Shown here: piece by piece, positions 31,376 to 40,906 of the stretch
How the letters are laid out: the number at the start of each line of letters is the position of its first letter
Numbering within the stretch: position 1 is the stretch's first letter
Assembly: GCA_003482855.1 (NCBI GenBank)
Contig: DMXO01000006.1
Location: forward strand, 81,052-125,866
Length of the DNA: 44,815 bases
Direction: 5' to 3'
From: Candidatus Magasanikiibacteriota bacterium
GTDB lineage: Bacteria > Patescibacteriota > Patescibacteriia > Magasanikbacterales > UBA922
Program-made: the position numbers and the translations under genes
The notes under the pieces: model-generated
What the model was told of the DNA's origin: nothing
Database searches by the model: none
The model's input: the letters and a program-made list of their open reading frames with translations, nothing else

Positions 31376-32560
31376 TTAGAATACAATTTTTTCAAAAAAG
31401 GAGTTGAGTAGGATGATGAATGAATATATAATGAAAAGTTTTGTTATATATTTTTTCCCTGCAAGTAATAATATATTGCTAAATAAGAAAAATTCTGTCA
31501 GTGCTCGCATAAAACCATAATCCTCTACCCATGGGGTGTAGAGAAAAAAGATCATTATGAAGCTAGACGCCCATGCCAATTTTATTTCTCGGTTGTTCTC
31601 TATCTTCCTAAATTGTATTAAAACAAAAATGGCTGTTGCAAGTATAAAAAATATTTCTATCAAATTATTTTTTAAGACTCCCCATCCTATCAAAATTTCG
31701 TATATCCCCTGTAATGGTGTGTAAAAAGTATTTGCAGAAAGTGAACCTATAGGTAATATGTGTAGGTTTATTGTGAGATATAATTGCCAAATGCCAAAAG
31801 TGGCAGGGGGTATTAAAAATAATAATATCTTTCTGAGATCTTCTCGTCGGCGTTCTTTGATATACACATATGCATTAACCACGACGACGACGAGTACCCA
31901 CATAGCTGTAGTTTCTCGGGTGAGTACGGCGAGGGTAGCAATAATAGCCGCGCCTATCATTTTATTTTTTTGGTAGAGAAGGTATGAGGTCAGCAATAGT
32001 AAGCTAGCAAGTGGTTCTGTAAGGTCTCTATTGAGTGATAGGAGAAAGCCTGGGTAGAGGGGCAGTATAATACCAAATATAGGATGACGATTAAAATTTT
32101 TGGCTATGTGTGCTCCTACGTATCCCATGAGGCCAATCGCCAATATATTGATGTATAACATCACAAACGGCATGTTTTCTACTCTATTTAGAGCTAGTAT
32201 CTTTGTAAGCAGGGGATATAGTATTCTCTGGAACCTGATTGGTGGTTCGTCGATCTTTATACCAAGCTCAGTGTGTTTTTTTATTTGTGGATTTGTGGCT
32301 ATAAAGAAATAAAATTGTCCGTCATAGCCAAGAGAATTTTCATAAATTGCTATATTTTTGGGTATTTTTTGGATATTTTGTATTTGTTTGTCACCAAGTA
32401 TAATGAATTTTGATAAATCATAGTCATTTTTACGGATCGCGACAAATAAAAAAGACCCATATATAAGTAATGTCAAAAAAAAGACAAACAAGGGGGTTTT
32501 CGTTTTTGAAATAATGTACTGGATTATATTTTTTTGAAGCGATATTTTAGAAGAATCCAT
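31376..32560 (-). CDS. Multi-pass membrane protein, putative GT-C / cell-surface glycopolymer formation protein
   Basis: GYDGQFYF...RFQRILYPLL...DLTEP...LTRET motifs; start taken at MDSS 32560. Confidence 0.75.
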   Translation of the reverse strand: MDSSKISLQKNIIQYIISKTKTPLFVFFLTLLIYGSFLFVAIRKNDYDLSKFIILGDKQIQNIQKIPKNIAIYENSLGYDGQFYFFIATNPQIKKHTELGIKIDEPPIRFQRILYPLLTKILALNRVENMPFVMLYINILAIGLMGYVGAHIAKNFNRHPIFGIILPLYPGFLLSLNRDLTEPLASLLLLTSYLLYQKNKMIGAAIIATLAVLTRETTAMWVLVVVVVNAYVYIKERRREDLRKILLFLIPPATFGIWQLYLTINLHILPIGSLSANTFYTPLQGIYEILIGWGVLKNNLIEIFFILATAIFVLIQFRKIENNREIKLAWASSFIMIFFLYTPWVEDYGFMRALTEFFLFSNILLLAGKKYITKLFIIYSFIILLNSFFEKIVF

Positions 32561-33231
32561 ATAGCGTAGAGTCCGTCTCTCCATTTTATTTTTTTGCCAT
32601 TTTCTTTTGTGCGAGGATAATATGAGATTGCAACTTCCGGGATTTGTATTCCTTGTTTTGCCACCAAAGCTGTGACCTCGGGGCAAAATTCGAATCGCGT
32701 ACATGTGAGGGGCAAATTTTTGAGAAGCTCGGCATTAAATAATTTATAACAGGTTGCCTCATCAGTGAGTTTTTGCCCGTAAAGTATATTAGTTAATTTA
32801 GTCAAAAAAATGCCACCAATATAAAAAGAAAGACAAGAATATCTATTCTCTTGTCTTTTGAGTTGGCGTGATCCGTACACGACTTGCTGTTTATTTGAGA
32901 TAGCGTGGCTGAGAATATCTATATAATTTTTAGGATCATACTCCAAATCAGCATCTTGTATGATCACCCAGTTGCCAGTTACATGCTTGAGAGCAGTACG
33001 AATAGCGAATCCTTTGCCATTATTTTTTTCTTGATAAATTATTTTATATGCAATAGACGTGAGTTTTTTTAGTATTTCTCGTGTGCCGTCAGTTGAAAAA
33101 TCATCAACAATAATAATTTCTTTTTGTATAGGCCCAAAATTAACCTCTTCTATTTTTTTTAAAATAGGCAGGATAGTTTCGCGTTCATTGTACGCAGGAA
33201 TAATAATTGAGATTTTGTCATTATTGTGCAT
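32524..33231 (-). CDS. GT2 glycosyltransferase, DPM1-like (polyprenol-phosphate sugar synthase)
   Basis: [36 protein letters not shown]. Confidence 0.92.
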   Translation of the reverse strand: MHNNDKISIIIPAYNERETILPILKKIEEVNFGPIQKEIIIVDDFSTDGTREILKKLTSIAYKIIYQEKNNGKGFAIRTALKHVTGNWVIIQDADLEYDPKNYIDILSHAISNKQQVVYGSRQLKRQENRYSCLSFYIGGIFLTKLTNILYGQKLTDEATCYKLFNAELLKNLPLTCTRFEFCPEVTALVAKQGIQIPEVAISYYPRTKENGKKIKWRDGLYAIWILLKYRFKKI

Positions 33232-34288
33232 CCATTTTTTCATAATCCGCTTTACGAAGTGCGTCTATTATATCACCTATGTTGCCATTGAGTATAGTCT
33301 CGATATTATTCCAGTTTTCATGGATGCGGTGGTCAGTAATGCGATCTTGCGGATAATTGTAGGTGCGGATTTTTTCACTGCGATCGCCCGTACCAATTTG
33401 ACTTTTACGTTTTGCATCTATTTCAGCCGTTTGTTTTTCTCGTTCCATTTCATAGAGGCGTGCGCGCAATACGTTCATAGCTTTTTCTCTGTTTTGCAAT
33501 TGAGAACGTTCATCTTGAGACTGCGCAACGACACCGGTAGGTATGTGCGTGATGCGTACCGCGCTATATGTCGTATTTACACTCTGTCCACCATGTCCTC
33601 CTGCACAAAAAGTATCTATGCGGAGATCTTTTTGATTGATTTCAAATTCAGTTTCTTCAATCTCTGGCAATACAACTACACTTGCAGTAGATGTATGGAT
33701 ACGTCCCGATTTTTCTGTTTCAGGAATCCTCTGGACGCGATGTACACCCATTTCGTATTTCATATCTTTGTACACATTGGCGCCAGTCATAGAAAAGATG
33801 ACTTCTTTGTAGCCGCCAATACCTATTTGATGATCTGAGATGAGAGCTGTTTTCCAACCCTTTCCATCTGCATATTTCATATACATGCGCATGAGTACGC
33901 CAGCAAAAAGTGCAGCTTCGTCCCCGCCAGCTCCTGCGCGTATTTCTATGATGGTGTTTTTTTTGTCCATAGGGTCAGTCGGGCGCGTGAGTATTGCCAG
34001 CTCTTCTTCGAGTATGTGCTGTCTATCTTCAAGTGATGGTATTTCTGCCTGGGCAAGCTCTACAAGTTCAGTATCTCCACCCTCGGTAATAAGCGCCTGA
34101 TTGTCTGATATATTTTTTTCAATTGAAACAAGATGATGTATTTTTTCTACCACCTCTTTGAGATCATTGTATTCTTGGGATGTTTGCTTGAGTTTTTTTT
34201 GATCATTCAAAATAGCAGGATTTTGGAGATCTGCTTCAAGTCGTTCATATTTGGTTTTGAGGTCAAGATATTTTTGGAGCATAGTCAT
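33221..34288 (-). CDS. prfA: Peptide chain release factor 1
   Basis: [20 protein letters not shown] (PxT), GGQ, RTYNYPQ. Confidence 0.98.
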   Translation of the reverse strand: MTMLQKYLDLKTKYERLEADLQNPAILNDQKKLKQTSQEYNDLKEVVEKIHHLVSIEKNISDNQALITEGGDTELVELAQAEIPSLEDRQHILEEELAILTRPTDPMDKKNTIIEIRAGAGGDEAALFAGVLMRMYMKYADGKGWKTALISDHQIGIGGYKEVIFSMTGANVYKDMKYEMGVHRVQRIPETEKSGRIHTSTASVVVLPEIEETEFEINQKDLRIDTFCAGGHGGQSVNTTYSAVRITHIPTGVVAQSQDERSQLQNREKAMNVLRARLYEMEREKQTAEIDAKRKSQIGTGDRSEKIRTYNYPQDRITDHRIHENWNNIETILNGNIGDIIDALRKADYEKMDAQ

Positions 34289-34292
34289 TTTT

Positions 34293-34358
34293 ATAGCTCA
34301 TAACATAGATAGCATAACACATCTTTTGGTATGAGTCATGTTATGTGTGTCGTGTGTA
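34293..34358. repeat. Degenerate tandem-inverted 7-mer element between rpmE and prfA
   Basis: cataaca-tagatag-cataaca-ca ... tgagtca-tgttatg-tgtgtcg-tgtg. Confidence 0.55.
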
Positions 34359-34409
34359 ATATATAAAAAAACAGGCACCAAAAGGTTACCTGTCTTTTTT
34401 TATGTAGTG

Positions 34410-34727
34410 CTATTTAGCTTCTTTTTTTGCTTGTGCACGTGCAGCTTTTTTTACAGCTTTTCCTTTGCGTGTTTTTGAAGCTTTTTCTTGTTTTGCCATT
34501 TTTTCTTGAAATTTTTCTACGCGACGAGCCGTATCTACAAACATTTGTTTGCCCGTAAAGAATGGGTGAGACGCGCTCGAAATTTCAATAGGGATTTCAT
34601 AAAATGTTTCGCCATCGACCTCGCGCTTCTTTTCACCTTTGAGTGTCGATGTAGCAAAAAATTCAGCACCGCATGATGTATCTATAAATACGACGTTATG
34701 TATTTTTGGATGAATATCTTTTTTCAT
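34410..34727 (-). CDS. rpmE: 50S ribosomal protein L31 (type B-like)
   Basis: MKKDIHP, EISSASHPFFTG, RVEKF. Confidence 0.95.
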   Translation of the reverse strand: MKKDIHPKIHNVVFIDTSCGAEFFATSTLKGEKKREVDGETFYEIPIEISSASHPFFTGKQMFVDTARRVEKFQEKMAKQEKASKTRKGKAVKKAARAQAKKEAK

Positions 34728-34778
34728 AGCAGAATATTTATGAAGTTTATGATACTAAAGCTAAAATAAAGCGAGGTG

Positions 34779-34807
34779 ATTATAGCAGGAAGACCAGGAC
34801 ATGTCAA
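34779..34807 (-). promoter_or_regulatory. rpmE-prfA promoter
   Basis: Perfect TTGACA-17 bp-TATAAT with extended -10 TG. Confidence 0.8.
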
Positions 34808-34875
34808 GGGGTTGTGTTTGGGGTGAAATATGCTATTATATCTATAATTTATGTAAATTTCATGACAATAATAAT

Positions 34876-35070
34876 ATGGATTCACAAAAAATCAAAATAG
34901 ATCCGGAAAAATGTATTGGCTGTGGTTCATGTGCAGCTATTGCCGATCAGACATTTGAGATGGGGGATGATGACAAAGTACACGTTATTGATCCTCCAGG
35001 AGATGATGAGGCGACCATAAAGTCAGCGGCAGACTGTTGCGCTATGCAGGCCATCGAACTAGGAGAATGA
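34876..35070 (+). CDS. Ferredoxin (mono-cluster 4Fe-4S/3Fe-4S type)
   Basis: CIGCGSC...CAMQAI; start at MDSQK. Confidence 0.88.
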   Translation: MDSQKIKIDPEKCIGCGSCAAIADQTFEMGDDDKVHVIDPPGDDEATIKSAADCCAMQAIELGE

Positions 35071-35074
35071 ACCC

Positions 35075-35103
35075 TTGACATATTGATATACATATAGTAT
35101 AGT
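35075..35103 (+). promoter_or_regulatory. rpsB-tsf promoter
   Basis: TTGACA-17 bp-TATAGT. Confidence 0.7.
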
Positions 35104-35111
35104 TTCGCCAC

Positions 35112-35192
35112 TCCGCCAAAGGCGGACAATATTTATTTATCCCTCATCTACCACATGTTTTCCTGCCCGAAAGGGTCGTCGGTAGAGAGGAT
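35112..35192 (+). promoter_or_regulatory. Structured rpsB 5' leader (possible S2 autoregulatory RNA)
   Basis: Hairpins TCCGCC-AAA-GGCGGA and CCTCATCTACC...GGTAGAGAGG enclosing GCCC-GAAA-GGGT. Confidence 0.5.
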
Positions 35193-35210
35193 TAAGGAAA
35201 GCTCTCAATT

Positions 35211-35969
35211 ATGAAACTTCCTTCAATCTTGGACATGCTCCAAGCTGGTGTTCATTTCGGACACAAGGTGTCTCGTTGGCACCCAAAGATGAAACCGTTC
35301 ATCTTCACCCAACGAAATCAGGTACATATTTTGGATCTCGACCAGACCAAACGTCAGCTCGAAGAAGTATTGCCACAAATTTCAAAAATGGCAGCAGAAG
35401 GTAAAAAGATTTTGTTTGTCTCTACCAAGCCACAGGCTCGTGAAATAGTGAAGCAGGCTGCTCTTGATTGTGGTATGCCTTATCTTACTGACCGATGGGT
35501 TGGTGGTATGCTTACCAATTTTACTGAAATCAAGAAATTGATTCGTAAGTATGTAGATTACAAAGAGAAACAAGCCACAGGCGGTCTTGATAAATATACC
35601 AAGAAAGAACAGCTCGATATCGCAAAGCAAGTTCAAAAAATGGATGTATATTTGGGTGGTCTTGTGAGTTTGCAACATTTGCCAGATGCTTTGTTTGTGC
35701 CATCTGTCCAACATGAAAAGACTGCGGTGACTGAAGCAAACCGTATGCATATTCCTATTGTTGGTGTATGTGATGCAAATGCAAATCCAAACAAAGTAGA
35801 GTATGTAATCCCTGCAAATGATGATGCGGTCAAATCAATAGAAATGATTGTGGGACTTGTACGCGATGCAGTGAAAGAGGGTGTGGCTCAAATACCACAA
35901 GAAGTAGTGCAAAAACCAGTTGCAAAAGCATCTACGGCAACAAACACAAAGATTGAAGAGAAGAAATAG
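35211..35969 (+). CDS. rpsB: 30S ribosomal protein S2
   Basis: AGVHFGH, WHPKM, RWVGGMLTN, IPANDD. Confidence 0.98.
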   Translation: MKLPSILDMLQAGVHFGHKVSRWHPKMKPFIFTQRNQVHILDLDQTKRQLEEVLPQISKMAAEGKKILFVSTKPQAREIVKQAALDCGMPYLTDRWVGGMLTNFTEIKKLIRKYVDYKEKQATGGLDKYTKKEQLDIAKQVQKMDVYLGGLVSLQHLPDALFVPSVQHEKTAVTEANRMHIPIVGVCDANANPNKVEYVIPANDDAVKSIEMIVGLVRDAVKEGVAQIPQEVVQKPVAKASTATNTKIEEKK

Positions 35970-36060
35970 GTTTTAGAGGAATTGGGTATAGAAGCGGGAA
36001 TGTATTTTCTCGTATCCAAACCCAATACCCTATTCATTTTATTTTTTTTTAAACAATTTT

Positions 36061-36711
36061 ATGAGCATTACAGCCCAAGATATTGCAAAACTTCGCGCAC
36101 AGACAGGCGCCGGTATGATGGATTGCAAAAATGCGCTTGAAGAAGCACAGGGAGATTTTGATAAAGCAATCGAATGGTTGCGTAAACGTGGAGCAGCAAA
36201 AGCTGCAAAGCGTGCAGACAAGATTGCCGCCGAAGGAAAAATATTTAGTTATATCCATGCCGGTGGCACCATTGGTGTGCTTCTTGAGCTCAATTCAGAA
36301 ACAGATTTTGTTGCAAAAAATGATAAGTTTCTTGGTCTTGGTAATGACATTGCCATGCACATAGCTGCAATGAATCCAAAGTATTTGTCTCGCGAAGAAG
36401 TTCCTGCAACAGACATAGAAAAAGAAAAAGATATCTATCGTGCTCAACTCAAAGCAGAGGGTAAGCCAGACACTATGATAGAAAAAATCATAGAAGGCAA
36501 GATGGGTAAATATTATAGTGAGGTATGTGTGCTTGAACAGCCTTTTATCAAAGATGAAGATCAAACCATAGAAAAGTTGCTTACGCTTACATCGGGTGAA
36601 ATCGGAGAAAAGATTACTTTGCGTAGATTCGCACGCTATGAAGTGGGTGAAGGTATAGAAAAAGCAAACTGTGATTTTGTAGCAGAAGTACAGCAGCAGA
36701 TGGGGAACTAG
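36061..36711 (+). CDS. tsf: Elongation factor Ts (short form)
   Basis: LRAQTGAGMMDCK, NSETDFVA, RRFARYEVGEG. Confidence 0.97.
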   Translation: MSITAQDIAKLRAQTGAGMMDCKNALEEAQGDFDKAIEWLRKRGAAKAAKRADKIAAEGKIFSYIHAGGTIGVLLELNSETDFVAKNDKFLGLGNDIAMHIAAMNPKYLSREEVPATDIEKEKDIYRAQLKAEGKPDTMIEKIIEGKMGKYYSEVCVLEQPFIKDEDQTIEKLLTLTSGEIGEKITLRRFARYEVGEGIEKANCDFVAEVQQQMGN

Positions 36712-36732
36712 ATATTAGTAATTAGGGAATCA

Positions 36733-36763
36733 GACAGCTCCACAAGTGTGGAGTTGTTTTTTT
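36733..36763 (+). terminator. tsf terminator
   Basis: GACAGCTCCACA-AG-TGTGGAGTTGTT-TTTTT. Confidence 0.75.
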
Positions 36764-36833
36764 ATTTGAAAAGTGGTAAAAGATGTGTGGACTTGGACAA
36801 TGGCTTAAACGTAAACGCGACGGGAGACGAAAA

Positions 36834-37541
36834 ATGTTCGAAAATATTGGTAAGTACTTCGGTCGTGAGTTCACCCGTGGTATCTGGCATGCGCTGACCT
36901 GTAGCCTCCCCGGGTGGCTGGTTCTCTACATGTCGTGGAAGGAGGCCACGACGCTCCAGATCCGGTTGTCCTGCATGGCACTGGTTGTGCTGGCAGTCGG
37001 GGTGCTCTGGTGGATCGAACACGAGCGGCGTGCGATACGCAAGGGGGGGCAACTCAGCGCGAAGTGGAAAGAAGTCATCCGCGACTTCTTCGAGAAACAC
37101 GTTGTCCGTGACAACGAGATGAAGCGTGCCACCAACGGGTGGCACTATCTCGCCGGTATCATCCCGGCCATCATCTTCGCACCGCCGTGGATCATCGTCG
37201 GGGTCTCATTCATCGCCGCCACGATCGACCCGGTCGCCAAGCTTGGCAAGATCGGGCCCATCGTCCGCTTCACCTGGGGGTGGATGCGGAAGAAGAGCCT
37301 GGGTGGCCTGATCTATGGGTTCACCGCTGGGCTGGCGACGCTCTTCGTCGTCGCTACCATGATCTTCGGGATTGGCGGCGAGCTCATTCCACCCGACGTG
37401 TCGTGGTGGACAGCACTCGTCGTGTACGGGTTTGGGACCTTGGCCGGATCGCTGGCCGAGCTCCTGACCATCAAGTTCGATAACATCACGATCCCGGTGA
37501 GCTCGCTTCTGGTGATGCTCATCACGTACGGGTTCTCGTGA
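36834..37541 (+). CDS. CTP-dependent polyprenol/phytol/diacylglycerol kinase-like membrane protein (GC-rich gene)
   Basis: RGIWH, RDNE, DPVA, KKSLGG and E...DNITIP motifs; GGAGA RBS before ATG 36834. Confidence 0.75.
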   Translation: MFENIGKYFGREFTRGIWHALTCSLPGWLVLYMSWKEATTLQIRLSCMALVVLAVGVLWWIEHERRAIRKGGQLSAKWKEVIRDFFEKHVVRDNEMKRATNGWHYLAGIIPAIIFAPPWIIVGVSFIAATIDPVAKLGKIGPIVRFTWGWMRKKSLGGLIYGFTAGLATLFVVATMIFGIGGELIPPDVSWWTALVVYGFGTLAGSLAELLTIKFDNITIPVSSLLVMLITYGFS

Positions 37542-37548
37542 TATGGCC

Positions 37549-37625
37549 GGACACGCTTCGGATGGGGGCACCCGAAGCGTCGTCCATGAGGCAAAATATG
37601 GCTTTGTTAAGCTATTTTGTTTTTT
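37549..37625 (+). terminator. GC-rich long hairpin followed by an AT-rich terminator
   Basis: GGACACGCTTCGG...CCGAAGCGTCGTCC, then GCAAAATATGGCTT...AAGCTATTTTGT-TTTTT. Confidence 0.6.
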
Positions 37626-37641
37626 GGCGGACCTAAAATGA

Positions 37642-37670
37642 TTGACAAAAATAACGTTGTGTGCTATAAT
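37642..37670 (+). promoter_or_regulatory. Consensus sigma70 promoter
   Basis: TTGACA-17 bp-TATAAT with extended -10 TG. Confidence 0.85.
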
Positions 37671-37703
37671 AAGCCATCACAATAATTTTTAATCTTGTTG
37701 AAT

Positions 37704-38168
37704 ATGACGCTCAATAAAGCGAAAAAGGGAGTAGCTCTTGCAAAAACTTTAATGCTTGCAAGTATTATGCTTAGTGCTCTTGGTATGGGCTTTGTCCTTA
37801 CTACAGATGCTTATGGTTATGGCTATGGTTACGATTATGGTTATGGCTATAATAGTGGCAACACTGGCTACAACTATGGCTCTACCAACCCTGGATATGA
37901 TTATAACCCTGGTTATGATTACAATCCTGGATATAGCTATGGACCTACGTATGTATATGGGAAGTCTGGTAGTAATCTAGTAAAGGTAGACACATGTTCT
38001 CAGTCATACAATGGCGTGTGGGTACGTCGATTTGGAAAATTGGCTCCATACAAATTGGCTAATGGTGTCAAAGATGCAGGACACGGCATGCGTGAATATA
38101 CCTATACATGTACAAGTTCAAATGCATATCGTGTAAATTGGACTGATGTTACCGTTGTATACAATTAA
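37704..38168 (+). CDS. Secreted Gly/Tyr-rich repeat protein
   Basis: Signal-peptide-like N-terminus, YGYGYGYDYGYGY, (NPGYxY)x3, and a C-terminal region with 2 Cys. Confidence 0.8.
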   Translation: MTLNKAKKGVALAKTLMLASIMLSALGMGFVLTTDAYGYGYGYDYGYGYNSGNTGYNYGSTNPGYDYNPGYDYNPGYSYGPTYVYGKSGSNLVKVDTCSQSYNGVWVRRFGKLAPYKLANGVKDAGHGMREYTYTCTSSNAYRVNWTDVTVVYN

Positions 38169-38211
38169 GTTGATGATGTAGTACGCAGTGAGGTATACTA
38201 TATATACCTCT

Positions 38212-39609
38212 ATGAAAAAGAATTATAAAAAAATTTATAAACAGTGGCCTCTCATGGCTACTGTTTTTGTATGTATTTTTTATATTGTGAGTCGTGTGTG
38301 GATGTATATACGTTTTGGCATGGCAGGATTTGGGTATGATATTGGTATTTACCGTCATATCGTGCAAGGTTATTTTGATCGGCTCGGTGATAGTGCCTTA
38401 CCCTCCTTTGGTTTTACTTCATTTTCCAATGCACTGAGTTTTTTGGGTTCCCATACAGACACGATATTGGTTTTGTGGTATCTGTGTTTCGGTATTTTGC
38501 TTATGGCTGCTTTTTATGTTGTCGTGAATCTATACACCAAGCACAAGATGATTGCACTTATTGGTCTTGTATTATTTGCCACATCTATAGCCCAATTTGA
38601 ATTTTTTTGGTGGTATTATTATCGCAATTTAATAGCGTTATTCTTTGTCCTTCTGTCACTTATATTGTTATATTATCGTTCATATTTTATTATTCTTTCT
38701 TTGTTTGTTATTGGGACGATTCATCCATTGTCTTTGATACCTCTTGGTTTAGTACTTATTATATCGAGTATTTTTGACAGACAGAAGAGGTCCTTTTTAT
38801 TGGTGAGTGGGAGTGTTAGTCTTGTGGGGATTATAGGCCTGAATTTTCAGGAAATTATGAGTTATGTCTCTCTTTTGTTTGAAAAGACAGCACATGTGTC
38901 TGGCGCGTCTAGGCAACAAAATGCAGAATTGACTGGACAATTTATCCCACTTGATTTTTATATACGTTCATCGTTCCTTTATATTATTTTTGCTTTTTTT
39001 GGTTTATTATTTTACTGGCGTTTGTACAAGACATGGGCATTGTTTCTTGTAATCAATACTGTCTTATTTATTTTTGGCTTTTTATTTTATCGTCGCTTTC
39101 TTATTTATTTTGATATTTCTGCTCTCTTTTTTGCCGCAGTATTTCTATATCACTTTCTGTATGATAGCAAGGACAGCATACTTCTGAAATGGACAGCCAT
39201 ATTCTTTTTTGCACTTATGTTTTTGCAATGCGGTATGCATATAGTGCGCAAACAACCACTTATTTCTCCTCGTGAGCTTGGCGCTATACAGGCTATTGAT
39301 ACACAAGTTCCTACCTCATCTTATCTCATGACTATCAATTCACATTATGCACCCTGGGTACAAGGTTTCACGACACGTGATGTTATTGCACCGGGTATGT
39401 TTGAGCATGATGTATGGACATATGAAGAATGGCAGACATTTTGGTATACCGAAGATATATCAAAACGTCGGGCGTTGCTTGAGAAGTATGGAAATGCAAA
39501 AGCTCTCTATATTTTTTTGGGAGATCGTGACATGTGGTTTGGTGACAATATCGCTTATGATCCGCGTATTAGCCAGGTAAATAATTATATATGGCAAGTT
39601 TCATGGTAG
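38212..39609 (+). CDS. Multi-pass membrane protein, putative GT-C glycosyltransferase
   Basis: About 11-12 TMs, GYD motif after the first TM, soluble C-terminal domain. Confidence 0.7.
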   Translation: MKKNYKKIYKQWPLMATVFVCIFYIVSRVWMYIRFGMAGFGYDIGIYRHIVQGYFDRLGDSALPSFGFTSFSNALSFLGSHTDTILVLWYLCFGILLMAAFYVVVNLYTKHKMIALIGLVLFATSIAQFEFFWWYYYRNLIALFFVLLSLILLYYRSYFIILSLFVIGTIHPLSLIPLGLVLIISSIFDRQKRSFLLVSGSVSLVGIIGLNFQEIMSYVSLLFEKTAHVSGASRQQNAELTGQFIPLDFYIRSSFLYIIFAFFGLLFYWRLYKTWALFLVINTVLFIFGFLFYRRFLIYFDISALFFAAVFLYHFLYDSKDSILLKWTAIFFFALMFLQCGMHIVRKQPLISPRELGAIQAIDTQVPTSSYLMTINSHYAPWVQGFTTRDVIAPGMFEHDVWTYEEWQTFWYTEDISKRRALLEKYGNAKALYIFLGDRDMWFGDNIAYDPRISQVNNYIWQVSW

Positions 39610-39772
39610 GTATATCTGTATCATGCATATTGGGTATGCTCTTGCTATTTGCATGTGAGCGTCGTTTTTTGCATCTCGCGTCATTTGTAGAATTTGCTAT
39701 TATGTCATTTGGTATTGGTGTATCGGTACTTATTTTGCTATTTGCGATTCTTTTTTAGTTTGCACCTTCCTA

Positions 39773-39801
39773 TTGACAAAGGTATATCTATCTGGTATAG
39801 T
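39773..39801 (+). promoter_or_regulatory. rpsO promoter
   Basis: TTGACA-17 bp-TATAGT with extended -10 TG. Confidence 0.75.
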
Positions 39802-39885
39802 CAGACCGTTTTAATACATCCCTTGCAAGAGGGAACGGACCTCGGTGGTCATGCCCACGATGCGCCCGCTAAACTTATGCATGCT

Positions 39886-40236
39886 ATGCTCGATAAGCAA
39901 AAAAAACAACGACTTATTAAAAAATTCCAGACCCATGAGGGGGACACTGGTTCGACTGAGGTTCAGATAGCTATCCTGACCGCAGAAATAGATGAACTTG
40001 CAAGTCATCTAAAATCTCACCACAAAGACCATTCATCTCGTAGAGGTCTCTTGCGCAAAGTAGGAGAGCGCCGTAGATTGCTCAAATATCTCCAACGTGA
40101 AAACGCCGCAAGCTATGAAGAGTTGGTGAAAAAACTCAAACTCAAACAAGCAAAACAATTCATCCAGAATGATGACGATATTGATGAGGTGGATGAAGCC
40201 GAAGATAAAGGAATCCCAGATGAAGTATCAGAATAA
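39886..40236 (+). CDS. rpsO: 30S ribosomal protein S15 with an acidic C-terminal tail
   Basis: [23 protein letters not shown]; start at MLDK 39886. Confidence 0.97.
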   Translation: MLDKQKKQRLIKKFQTHEGDTGSTEVQIAILTAEIDELASHLKSHHKDHSSRRGLLRKVGERRRLLKYLQRENAASYEELVKKLKLKQAKQFIQNDDDIDEVDEAEDKGIPDEVSE

Positions 40237-40774
40237 CAAGAATTCTTTGAAACACCCCGACCAACGAGTAGGGGTGTTTATTGATGTGCAGAATATGTAT
40301 TATTCTGCAAAGAATCTTTTCAATAAGAAAGTTCATTTTGGCAATATTGTAAAAGAAGCTGTGGCGCAGCGAAAATTGATTCGTGCTATCGCGTATGTCG
40401 TACGTACCGAAACCAAAGATGAGCAGCCTTTTTTTGAAGCGTTGTACAATCTTGGCATCGAAACACGTGAAAAAGATTTGCAAGTATATAGTACTGGATT
40501 CAAAAAAGCTGATTGGGATGTAGGTCTTGCGGTAGATGCCATCCGTCTCGCTCCTAGTCTTGATGCGATTGTGATTGTATCTGGTGATGGGGACTACTTG
40601 CCACTTGTAGAATATTTACGAAGTGTAGGGAAACAGGTCGAAGTAGCTGCGTTTAGTGAGACGACATCAAGCAAACTTATTGACATGGTTGATGATTTTA
40701 TTGATTTGTCAGCAGATAAAGAAAAGTTTCTTATGCTTAATCCCGCAGTCAGGAAGAAACGGTTGGAAAGATAA
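40220..40774 (+). CDS. NYN domain (LabA/DUF88) PIN-like nuclease
   Basis: [27 protein letters not shown]. Confidence 0.9.
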   Translation: MKYQNNKNSLKHPDQRVGVFIDVQNMYYSAKNLFNKKVHFGNIVKEAVAQRKLIRAIAYVVRTETKDEQPFFEALYNLGIETREKDLQVYSTGFKKADWDVGLAVDAIRLAPSLDAIVIVSGDGDYLPLVEYLRSVGKQVEVAAFSETTSSKLIDMVDDFIDLSADKEKFLMLNPAVRKKRLER

Positions 40775-40807
40775 TACAAAGTTTTAAATTAAATAATTAA
40801 CTAATAG

Positions 40808-40890
40808 AAGCTGGTCTTGAGACATCTAGATCACGTCGCCTATGAGCCATACGGTTCAGGGTTACCGGTCTATCGTATCGAGATCATCTT
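40808..40890 (+). promoter_or_regulatory. Long stem-loop in the pnp 5' leader (possible RNase III / autoregulation site)
   Basis: AAG-C-TGGTCTTGA...TAGATC pairs with GGTCTA...TCGAGATCA-T-CTT. Confidence 0.55.
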
Positions 40891-40906
40891 CGGAAAGGAA
40901 GTTTTT

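Noticed and set aside
33059-33838. 259-aa plus-strand ORF
   Set aside because: Antisense shadow of prfA and GT2 with no recognisable motifs; the same applies to 22581-23174, 13302-13961, 9181-9717 and similar antisense ORFs
36762-37594. Several overlapping ORFs in other frames of the GC-rich segment
   Set aside because: Expected from stop-codon scarcity in GC-rich DNA; only 36834-37541 has an RBS and family motifs
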